A stretch of 51,627 nucleotides of DNA, taken from IMG/VR virus record IMGVR_UViG_3300031994_000147, one strand, 5' to 3'. The first letter of the stretch is position 1, and each line of letters opens with the position of its first letter. The translations under genes and the position numbers were made by a program. The DNA comes from a virus. Below the pieces are notes generated by a model, which worked only from the letters and a program-made list of their open reading frames with translations, ran no database searches and was not told the DNA's origin. Below are positions 31,673 to 39,169 of this stretch, piece after piece.

Positions 31673-32883
31673 TGCTAACTCCTGAGGAAATAGATGCTCT
31701 TATCGAGCCTATGCAGCCATTGATTGACGACCTCAATACTTTCATACTGAAAGACATAGTCTCCCGATTAATGGCGCGGCTAAAGCACGAGGATCCTTTC
31801 AAGCTGTCCCAGTCAGATGTCTGGCAGTTAGAAGTGCTGAAAGAAGCTAATGCACACTATGAAGCTGTCAAGAACAAGCTTGCAAAGTGGACTGGTAAAG
31901 CAGACCGAGAGATAGCAGCTATCTTCGAGGATGCAGGTATTACAGCTTGGGATGCAGACAGAGCTATCTATGAATCGCAGGGCAAAAAGACCTTGCCTAT
32001 CAACGAGCTCCCCCGAATGGTGCAGATCATGCAGGACACAATGCAGCGCACCTATGGTACATTCCACAACTTGACCAGGACAACAGCACACAGCTCGCAG
32101 CAGCGGTTTATCGGACTTCTCGATGAAGCGCACATGAAAGTTGTTACAGGTGCTACGTCCTATCAGGAAGCAGTCAGGCAGGCAGTCGATAAACTGTGTA
32201 CAACACAGCTCACTATCACATACGGTGATGCTCCCAGTGGTCAGTATGTTTACCACAAAGACACTATCGAGGTAGCAACGCTCAGAGCGGTGAGAACAGG
32301 CACAGCGCAAGCGTGCGGCAACATATCACTGCAGGGCATGATTGACAATGAGCATGATGTTATCCAGGTCTCAGGACACATGGGTGCCCGATACGGTGAC
32401 GGCGGTCATAACCCTGGTAACCACTTCTGGTGGCAGGCTAAGCAGTACAGCAGGACTGGCAAGACAAAGGAACTGCCGAACTTCGATGTGTGCGGCTACG
32501 GCTCAGGCGAGGGCTTGTGCGGTTGGAACTGCCGGCACAGCTTCGGGCCCGGTATTCTCGGACACAATCCTTATGAGAAGTTCGACACCGAAGAGAACCA
32601 AAAGGCTTACGATCTCTCTCAGAAGCAGAGAGCTATGGAGCGCAAGATCAGGCGCGACAAAGAGAACGTAGTAGGCAGGGACGAAGCACTCAGGAGCTGT
32701 CCTGCAAGTGAACGTGAGAAGTATCAAGCCGATTATGACAAAGCGGTCAACCTCTTGAAGAAGCACATGAAAGCATACAACGACTTCTGCAAGACCAACA
32801 ACCTGAAAAAGCAGTATGACCGACTTGAAAACGCTAAATACACACGCCTTATGCGAACTAGAAACCCCTCTACACCCAACTAG
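31672..32883 (+). CDS. Head morphogenesis / minor capsid protein (Mu F / SPP1 gp7-like), GTG start
   Basis: Positioned after the portal gene. Contains the conserved ...GWNCRHSFGP motif. Confidence 0.7.
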   Translation: MLTPEEIDALIEPMQPLIDDLNTFILKDIVSRLMARLKHEDPFKLSQSDVWQLEVLKEANAHYEAVKNKLAKWTGKADREIAAIFEDAGITAWDADRAIYESQGKKTLPINELPRMVQIMQDTMQRTYGTFHNLTRTTAHSSQQRFIGLLDEAHMKVVTGATSYQEAVRQAVDKLCTTQLTITYGDAPSGQYVYHKDTIEVATLRAVRTGTAQACGNISLQGMIDNEHDVIQVSGHMGARYGDGGHNPGNHFWWQAKQYSRTGKTKELPNFDVCGYGSGEGLCGWNCRHSFGPGILGHNPYEKFDTEENQKAYDLSQKQRAMERKIRRDKENVVGRDEALRSCPASEREKYQADYDKAVNLLKKHMKAYNDFCKTNNLKKQYDRLENAKYTRLMRTRNPSTPN

Positions 32884-32954
32884 GGCGCAGGCGCATGAAT
32901 ATCCCCCACCTCCACACCAAAAGGGCGCTCACAGAGCGCCTGAGTAGGTGATAC

Positions 32955-33028
32955 GGACTGATAGCTCAATTGGTTAGAGCACTGACCTTATAAGTCAGAG
33001 GTTAGAGGTTCGATTCCTCTTCGGTCTA
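32955..33028 (+). tRNA. tRNA-Ile with anticodon UAU (reads AUA)
   Basis: Hand-folded cloverleaf: acceptor GGACTGA/TCGGTCT (two G-U pairs), U8, D arm GCTC-AATTGGTTA-GAGC, anticodon arm CTGAC-CTTATAA-GTCAG, variable loop AGGTT, T arm AGAGG-TTCGATT-CCTCT, discriminator A. CCA is not encoded. Confidence 0.8.
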
Positions 33029-33117
33029 CTATTGGCAGCTATGAGCCTTAACATAGCAGATATCAGGTCATGGCAACGACCTAAAACGCCTAACGATATT
33101 ACAAGGAGGTATTCCGC

Positions 33118-33723
33118 ATGAAAACGGAAGAATTAACAGCACTTGGACTGACAGATGAACAGGTTAAAAGCGTATTCGCTCTGCACGGTAAGGACATAGC
33201 TGCATTACAGCAGACTAACGCCGAGCTCACTAAGAGCAACAGCGACATTACAGCAGAGAGGGACAACCTGAGCACACAGCTCAATGCGGCAAATGACACC
33301 CTTGCAAAGTTCGGGGACAACACACCCGAGACAATGCAGGCAGAAATCCAGAAGTACAAGAAGCAGGCAGAAGATGCAGAGAACAGTTTCAAAGCACAGA
33401 TAACTGCCCGCGATCAGAAAGACTGGATATCAAAGAAGCTTGATGAATACGGTGTTACATCACCCTATGCAAGAACCGCTCTTACATCGGAGCTCATGTC
33501 AGCAGACAGTGGTCTGACCTGGAAAGATAATTCTTTCTTTGGTTTTGACGACTTCATGAAAGCGGCAAAGGCTAAGGACGCATCACTGTATCAGACAGCA
33601 GATGAAAAGGCAGCAGCCGAAAAACAGACCAAACTCGAAGGAGATGCACCCTCTTTTGTTGCTCCCCTCGGACAGACTAAACCGCAGGACGACACGAAAA
33701 AGGAAATCCCCAAGGTTTGGTAA
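33118..33723 (+). CDS. Scaffolding protein (GP20/DUF4355-like), 201 aa
   Basis: N-terminal MKTEELTALGLTDEQVKSVFALHGKDI, coiled-coil content, and position immediately before the capsid gene. Confidence 0.7.
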   Translation: MKTEELTALGLTDEQVKSVFALHGKDIAALQQTNAELTKSNSDITAERDNLSTQLNAANDTLAKFGDNTPETMQAEIQKYKKQAEDAENSFKAQITARDQKDWISKKLDEYGVTSPYARTALTSELMSADSGLTWKDNSFFGFDDFMKAAKAKDASLYQTADEKAAAEKQTKLEGDAPSFVAPLGQTKPQDDTKKEIPKVW

Positions 33724-33750
33724 TACCAAACTGAAAGGAACGGATATAGT

Positions 33751-34614
33751 ATGAAAATTGAATCTCTTAACATTCTTATCGACGGCAGTTCTCCCGCAGC
33801 CAATGACTACCTGGCTGAGCTCAGCGGCGTAGTTATCGAGAACATTCAGAAGAACACTCTGTCCTACAAGATCAAGAACCAGGAGCTGAGCGGCGACCCT
33901 GTTTCGGGTACCGTAGAGTGCAGACGTTTCACCAACGCTACCTCCGCAAGCTATGGTTCCGCAAGAACCGCAGGCAAGGGCGCAGCAGTTAAGGCAAAGC
34001 CTGTTACTGTTGCTATCGACCAGGACAAGGAGATCGTAGAGGAACTGGAAGCTAAGGACGTTAGACTGTACTCTGTTGATAACGTACTTGACAGACGTGC
34101 TAACAACCACGTTCTGACCGTAGCAACAGCCCTCGACAGAGCTTTCTTCGCAGAAGCTAACACCAACGCTACCGCAGTAAACGTGTACGGTCTGACAGAT
34201 GTTGCTGATATCCTCGAAAAGATCATCCAGGAATGCGAGAATACACACAACTCTTTCGTTGACGGTGTACCTCGTGATATGATGAGCCTTGTTCTCTCTA
34301 CCGAGTACTACGGCAAGATCAGAAACCACCTCGACAAGTGCGAGAGAAGCAACGTGGACACAGGTGTCGAAGAGTTCTACGTATGGCATGGCGTAGAGAC
34401 CAACTCGAGCACCAGACTGCCTGTCGGCTGCGATATCCTGCTCATGGTAAAGGGTGCAGTAGCACAGCCTGTTATGATGGAGCAGTACGTAGCTGAGAAG
34501 ATACCTCTCTCCGAAGCTGTCGGCGTTGAGCTGTTCTACCACTACGGTACTAAGGCAGTAACCCCTGACCTGATCTTCGGCGCAGACTTCACACAGCCTA
34601 GCGAAGGCAACTAA
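33751..34614 (+). CDS. Major capsid protein, 287 aa
   Basis: Positioned after the scaffold gene. Uses ATC/ATT rather than ATA for Ile, consistent with high expression. Confidence 0.75.
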   Translation: MKIESLNILIDGSSPAANDYLAELSGVVIENIQKNTLSYKIKNQELSGDPVSGTVECRRFTNATSASYGSARTAGKGAAVKAKPVTVAIDQDKEIVEELEAKDVRLYSVDNVLDRRANNHVLTVATALDRAFFAEANTNATAVNVYGLTDVADILEKIIQECENTHNSFVDGVPRDMMSLVLSTEYYGKIRNHLDKCERSNVDTGVEEFYVWHGVETNSSTRLPVGCDILLMVKGAVAQPVMMEQYVAEKIPLSEAVGVELFYHYGTKAVTPDLIFGADFTQPSEGN

Positions 34615-34631
34615 GATAAGGAGCGGGTACC

Positions 34632-34802
34632 ATGACATTTCTTAACCTCTTAACAGGCGCGGTCGTTGAATCGACCAACGAGTTCGTTATAGCAGAATGG
34701 CTGAAACAGCCCGATGTATATGTTGAATATGTACCGCCTGCAACGCCACCTACCCGCACAGTATATCTCACGATGCAGGCACCTATAACATCAACAGAAT
34801 AA
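34632..34802 (+). CDS. Small protein, 56 aa (below the ORF-track cutoff), paralogue of 34815..35006
   Basis: RBS TAAGGAGCGGG. MTFLNLLTGAVVESTNEFV...YVEYVPP aligns with MLFINKRTGTILKPANKYV...YEVYKPG. Confidence 0.5.
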   Translation: MTFLNLLTGAVVESTNEFVIAEWLKQPDVYVEYVPPATPPTRTVYLTMQAPITSTE

Positions 34803-34814
34803 GGAGGGCTAACG

Positions 34815-35006
34815 ATGCTTTTCATTAACAAGAGAACAGGTACTATCCTCAAACCCGCGAATAAGTATGTAGAGGGGCTTTATAACGAGAGCCCCATGTA
34901 TGAGGTGTACAAGCCCGGCAAGGCTGCTAAGACCGCAGCTCCTGCCGAGACCACAGCACCTGATACTGCTGCAGAAGCAGTTGAGGACAAGTCCAAGAAA
35001 AAGTGA
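34815..35006 (+). CDS. Small protein, 63 aa, with Ala/Thr/Pro-rich tail
   Basis: RBS AAGGAGGG upstream. Confidence 0.6.
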   Translation: MLFINKRTGTILKPANKYVEGLYNESPMYEVYKPGKAAKTAAPAETTAPDTAAEAVEDKSKKK

Positions 35007-35024
35007 TGAAGGAGGGCAAAGGCA

Positions 35025-35477
35025 ATGTACGCAGATTATAGCTTTTACACCGACACATATCTCGGCGATGCGCTGACAGCTGCTAACGCTAACAAGTGGC
35101 TTGACCGAGCTTCGGACTATGTTGATACTATCACATTCCGCAGGCTTGAAACGGCTTTCCCAGAGGTGGAAGCAGATGCTATCAGAGTAAAGAAAGCTGT
35201 GTGTGCTGTTGCCGATGCCCTCTGCTACATCGATACACAGCGCAGAGCGGGAGCAGCAAGTACCAATTCTGACGGCAGGGTAACCGGGGCAATAGCTTCG
35301 ATAAGCAGCGGCAAAGAATCGGTATCATATGCAACAGGCGGCACAGCTTCGATCTATTCAGCGGCTGCAAGCAACACAGCGGCGCAGGATAGCTACACAC
35401 GATACATCGTGGAGACCTACCTTGCCAATGTGCCCGATGCCAACGGCGTTAATCTGCTGTATGCGGGGGTGGACTGA
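35025..35477 (+). CDS. Head-tail connector/adaptor-like protein, 150 aa
   Basis: Position. The N-terminal MYADYSFYTDTYLGD...WLDRASDYVD pattern is common in head-completion proteins. Confidence 0.5.
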   Translation: MYADYSFYTDTYLGDALTAANANKWLDRASDYVDTITFRRLETAFPEVEADAIRVKKAVCAVADALCYIDTQRRAGAASTNSDGRVTGAIASISSGKESVSYATGGTASIYSAAASNTAAQDSYTRYIVETYLANVPDANGVNLLYAGVD

Positions 35478-35478
35478 T

Positions 35479-35916
35479 ATGTTCGGAGATACTATCACGG
35501 TATTCAACTTCAAGGATGGTTATTACTATCCACACGTACTGCATGGGGTAGATGCCGTTGGAATATCAGACGGAGCAACAGCCACAGCCCAGAGCGGCAA
35601 TACTAACTCCGACATGGGCACGGTGCTGATACAGACCAATGCAAGCAAGATCATAGCGGCAGACAATTCGGTGCTGCCGTATGTGAGCCCGAAAGCGTAT
35701 GAAGCTCTCGCGGACGGTGTGGAATCCGTCATAACATTCCAACCTCAGACGGACTTCATTCTGATAGGTGAGTACGAAAGCACAGAGCCTATATACGATG
35801 ATGACTATGAGACTGGATTTTATGATGATATCAACAGCACACGAGATGGCGTGCACCAGATAGCTACAGCTGTTTACTACGAGCTCATACCGCATTTTGA
35901 GATAGGAGTGAGGTAA
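35479..35916 (+). CDS. Head-tail joining protein (unknown family), 145 aa (start trimmed to MFGDTIT)
   Basis: The ATG lies 1 nt after the upstream stop. Synteny supports the call. Confidence 0.55.
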   Translation: MFGDTITVFNFKDGYYYPHVLHGVDAVGISDGATATAQSGNTNSDMGTVLIQTNASKIIAADNSVLPYVSPKAYEALADGVESVITFQPQTDFILIGEYESTEPIYDDDYETGFYDDINSTRDGVHQIATAVYYELIPHFEIGVR

Positions 35917-36396
35917 ATGCCTAACTGGACTATCTCAGGTAAGGCGGCGTTCGTCAAAGGCATGGTGCAGGTCGATATCAACGTTGATCTCTCCGCATAT
36001 CCTGAAAGGTTCGCCAGAGCTCAACAGCGGCTCGGTGAAGCGGTTCTCGTGAGCAGTAAGGTGTTTATGCCGCTGCTTACCGGAAGCCTGCAGCAACGCT
36101 CCTACGTTGACGATGGCGGACGTAAAGTTGTGTTCCCGGGTCCGTATGGTAGATATCAGTACGGCGGTCGGGTAATGGTCGATTCGGTGACAGGCAAAGG
36201 CCCGGCACTGATACATGACCGTAACGGCGTAGAGATCGGTTTACGTTTCCGCAAAGGTGCAACTCTTGTACCTACGGAAAGGCGGCTGAACTATTCACAG
36301 CCTACGGCTCAGGCAGAGTGGTTTCAACCCGCAAAAGACAAAGACCTCCCTGCATGGGTGGCGGAATGTGACAGAATAATAAAGGGTGGTGCATAA
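35917..36396 (+). CDS. Minor capsid / head-tail joining protein, 159 aa
   Basis: Synteny, and ATG immediately after the upstream stop. Confidence 0.5.
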   Translation: MPNWTISGKAAFVKGMVQVDINVDLSAYPERFARAQQRLGEAVLVSSKVFMPLLTGSLQQRSYVDDGGRKVVFPGPYGRYQYGGRVMVDSVTGKGPALIHDRNGVEIGLRFRKGATLVPTERRLNYSQPTAQAEWFQPAKDKDLPAWVAECDRIIKGGA

Positions 36397-36893
36397 TGGC
36401 ACAAAGACCAATAGATGTTCAGGGCTCGGAGATAATCAGCACGGCGCTCATGGAGCTGATTAACGAATTTCCTGCACTGAATGGTAAAAAGATAAAGTTC
36501 TCGACCCTAGAGGATAAGTCAGGGCTCGGCTTCTTCCCGACAAGCGGAGCTGCGATACTTTCAAGGAAAGAGAGTATAACAGGTCATGTGAGACTTGAAT
36601 GCGCGTACCCTTTCAATGTCATATACAGGGCTGCTGTGAAAAGTGAGACACAGAAGCTCGCGGTCAAGGAGTTCCTTGATACCCTCGGAAAGTGGCTCGA
36701 AAAACAGCCTATTGTGGTCAGCGGTTCCGTAGTACAGCTGCACGACTACCCAGAGCTTGACGAGGGACGAATAATCACAAACATAGCACGCAGTACTCCC
36801 GCACACTGCAACGCTGCATATCAGGACGGCGTTGAGGACTGGCTTGTATCAATCCTTGTGCGGTACAAATATGAGTACGACACTAACCAGTAA
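36396..36893 (+). CDS. Minor capsid / tail completion protein, 165 aa
   Basis: Synteny, and TAATG start/stop overlap. Confidence 0.5.
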   Translation: MAQRPIDVQGSEIISTALMELINEFPALNGKKIKFSTLEDKSGLGFFPTSGAAILSRKESITGHVRLECAYPFNVIYRAAVKSETQKLAVKEFLDTLGKWLEKQPIVVSGSVVQLHDYPELDEGRIITNIARSTPAHCNAAYQDGVEDWLVSILVRYKYEYDTNQ

Positions 36894-36920
36894 TAACAGT
36901 TATAAAGCGAGGTATAGCCC

Positions 36921-37463
36921 ATGTATAACAAAATCGAGCGCAAATACCTTGCGCACTATATAGATGAAGGTTTCGGAGCTAAGCAGTATGCATGGCTCGG
37001 TGATGATCTTGAAGAGTATTCAGACGAGCTCAATGCTGACGTAGAGTTCGAGACCAACATACTTGGTGAACAGAACATCAGACACAGCGGGTATGACACT
37101 GAGGGAGACGTAGACCCCTACTATGCGGAATACGGCAGCCTGCTCTTTGTCAACCTCTCAACCATAGCGAACCGCAGAATTAAAGGTGATGCTTGTAACA
37201 CCACTAAGATTGATGTGCTCCTCAGGGAAGATATGTCAACAGTGTGGGCGTACCGTGAGGACGTTACGGTAATACCTAGTTCTGTGGGTGGTGATACCTC
37301 AGGCATACAGATACCATTCGGTATTTACAGCAGAGGTAACCGCGTGAAAGGTATATTCGATGTCAGCACCAAGACCTTCACGCCTATCAATACGGTATAT
37401 GCACTTGACGGTGCTGTACTGATTGATAACAATACAGCATTCGCAGATCACGTTATCGTGTAA
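36921..37463 (+). CDS. Major tail (tube) protein paralogue 1, 180 aa
   Basis: Position upstream of the chaperones and tape measure gene. Clearly homologous to 37485..37970 (KIERKYLAHY.DE...LGDDLEEY.(D/E)ELN.DVE...DVDPYYA...WAYREDV...GGDTSG.QIPF). Confidence 0.6.
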   Translation: MYNKIERKYLAHYIDEGFGAKQYAWLGDDLEEYSDELNADVEFETNILGEQNIRHSGYDTEGDVDPYYAEYGSLLFVNLSTIANRRIKGDACNTTKIDVLLREDMSTVWAYREDVTVIPSSVGGDTSGIQIPFGIYSRGNRVKGIFDVSTKTFTPINTVYALDGAVLIDNNTAFADHVIV

Positions 37464-37484
37464 AGTGAAAAGGAGTGGTAATCA

Positions 37485-37970
37485 ATGGCAGATAAGATAG
37501 AGCGTAAATACCTTGCGCACTACGTTGACGAAACATTTAACGGCGAGACACCCGCCTATACCAGACTGGGTGACGATCTGGAAGAGTACAACGAGGAGCT
37601 TAACCCCGATGTAGAGATCAAGAAGAACATTAAGGGCGAACAGTCCATAGACCACAAGGGCTATGAGGTTCAGTCCGATGTGGATCCTTACTATGCTACT
37701 GAGGGTAGTGCTCTGTGGGAAAAGCTTGCAGAGATCGCTAACGAGAGAAAGACAGGCGCGGCTTGCAAGACTACCAAGATCGATGTACTGTATGACACAA
37801 CAGGTACTGTTGTATGGGCATATCGTGAGGATGTTGCACTGATACCTAAGTCTATCGGTGGTGACACTTCCGGTGTTCAGATTCCGTTCTCTGTATACAA
37901 TCTCGGTAACAGAGTATCCGGTTCTTTCAACCCCTCAACAGGCACATTTACTCCCACCTCAGGCAACTAA
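37485..37970 (+). CDS. Major tail (tube) protein paralogue 2, 161 aa
   Basis: As for 36921..37463. RBS AAAGGAG. Confidence 0.65.
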   Translation: MADKIERKYLAHYVDETFNGETPAYTRLGDDLEEYNEELNPDVEIKKNIKGEQSIDHKGYEVQSDVDPYYATEGSALWEKLAEIANERKTGAACKTTKIDVLYDTTGTVVWAYREDVALIPKSIGGDTSGVQIPFSVYNLGNRVSGSFNPSTGTFTPTSGN

Positions 37971-37990
37971 GCCGGAGGGAGCAAGCCAGA

Positions 37991-38030
37991 CAGTAACCAA
38001 TAGTAACCAATAGTAACCAATAGTAACTAA
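37991..38030. repeat. Tandem 10-bp repeat (C/T)AGTAACCAA x3 plus a degenerate fourth unit TAGTAACTAA
   Basis: CAGTAACCAA TAGTAACCAA TAGTAACCAA TAGTAACTAA, in the intergenic region. Confidence 0.9.
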
Positions 38031-38061
38031 TAATTGATAATTATGACGGAGGCTAGTTATT

Positions 38062-38577
38062 ATGAACGCTATCACCAAAACCAATGAAATAAACACAAAT
38101 GCAGCAGCTCTCAATATCACAGTAGACGATGGTATGAGGGCTATTCCTATAACTAATACACTCGGTACTGAGATAGGCAAGTTCTATTTCAGACCTACGG
38201 ATATAGGCATAATCGACAGATACAATGAGATCATCGAGAAAGTGCCCGATGTTTTCAAACCTCTCGAAAACATCAACATCAATGCAGATGGTACAGCAGA
38301 TTCAGACATTGAGATGCAGACCTTGAAGGAATGCGAAAGCAAGCTGTATGAGCTGTGCGACTATCTGTTCAACGGTAATCTTTCCGAAGCTTTCTTCGGC
38401 AGTATGCACCCATTCTCTCCCCTTGACAGCGGTATGTTCTACTGTGAAAACGCACTTGACAGCGTAGGCAAGTTCATAGCTGCACAGTTCCAGAGAAGCG
38501 TTAAGGGCGTTGAGAAGCGCATAAGCGGTTATACTAAGGGCTACAAGTCAGCACCCGGTAAGCACAGAAAGGCTTGA
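38062..38577 (+). CDS. Tail assembly chaperone candidate, 171 aa
   Basis: Position two genes upstream of the tape measure gene. Confidence 0.5.
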   Translation: MNAITKTNEINTNAAALNITVDDGMRAIPITNTLGTEIGKFYFRPTDIGIIDRYNEIIEKVPDVFKPLENININADGTADSDIEMQTLKECESKLYELCDYLFNGNLSEAFFGSMHPFSPLDSGMFYCENALDSVGKFIAAQFQRSVKGVEKRISGYTKGYKSAPGKHRKA

Positions 38578-38583
38578 TAAGCT

Positions 38584-39153
38584 ATGATAGGTGAGCTTCC
38601 GAGAAGCTTAGTCGTCAATGGTGAGGAATGGGATATCAGGACACACTTCGCAGATATCCTGAAAATTATCGTTGCTTTCAACGACCCGAATATTGATAAC
38701 GCAGAGAAGATATACATCTGCCTGCACATCCTCTATGAGGGCTTTGACGAAATGCCCGAGAGCGACTACGAAGCGGCTTTTAAGGCCGCATTGGAGTTCA
38801 TTGACTGCGGTATGCCAGAGGGCAAGAAAAAGCCCGGAAGTGCACGCACAATGGACTGGGAGCAGGACGAGAGTATCTTGTTTCCTGCTATCAACAAGAT
38901 AGCGGGATTCGAGACAAGGTCGGTTGAATACCTTCACTGGTGGACGTTCATGGGCTACTTCATGGAGATATCAACAGACGGTGTGTTCGGCTCTGTACTG
39001 CGGCTCAGGCAGAAGAAAAAGAACCGCAAAACCCCTCTCGATAAGACCGAGAAGGAGTTCTGGAATGCGAACCGCGAGCTGTGCGAGATCAAGCCAAAAC
39101 TCTCCGAAGAAGAAAAGGCTGCTAAGGAAAGATTGAAAAATATGCTTAGATAA
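38584..39153 (+). CDS. Gp15-like tail assembly protein, 189 aa
   Basis: The N-terminal ...LPRSLVVNGEEWDIRTHFADILKII..F.D pattern resembles the Bacteriophage Gp15 family. Lies directly before the tape measure gene. Confidence 0.55.
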   Translation: MIGELPRSLVVNGEEWDIRTHFADILKIIVAFNDPNIDNAEKIYICLHILYEGFDEMPESDYEAAFKAALEFIDCGMPEGKKKPGSARTMDWEQDESILFPAINKIAGFETRSVEYLHWWTFMGYFMEISTDGVFGSVLRLRQKKKNRKTPLDKTEKEFWNANRELCEIKPKLSEEEKAAKERLKNMLR

Positions 39154-39169
39154 GAAATGAGGTGTAATC

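Noticed and set aside
32955-33028. Possibility that the tRNA is a suppressor and that the phage uses a recoded stop codon.
   Set aside because: The anticodon reads UAU, not CUA, UUA or UCA. All large genes (TMP 1393 aa, tail 1120 aa, primase 837 aa) are uninterrupted under the standard code.
33583-34638. 351-aa minus-strand ORF antisense to the scaffold and major capsid genes. Similar long antisense ORFs occur at 23709..24581, 42010..42741, 10787..11500, 9679..10266 and 50662..51180.
   Set aside because: They have no RBS. Their composition is Cys/Arg/Leu-rich shadow-frame sequence. Each lies fully inside a well-supported plus-strand gene of a unidirectional operon.
37991-38030. Tandem repeat or iteron arrays considered as a CRISPR array.
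   Set aside because: The units are 10 bp with no spacers (37991-38030), or are irregular 6-10-bp iterons. No repeat-spacer periodicity of 25-40 bp occurs anywhere in the window.
38062-39153. Programmed -1 frameshift between the two tail assembly chaperone genes.
   Set aside because: The two ORFs do not overlap (stop at 38577, start at 38584). I could not find an XXXYYYZ slippery heptamer near either 3' end, since the A-runs are only 5 nt long.
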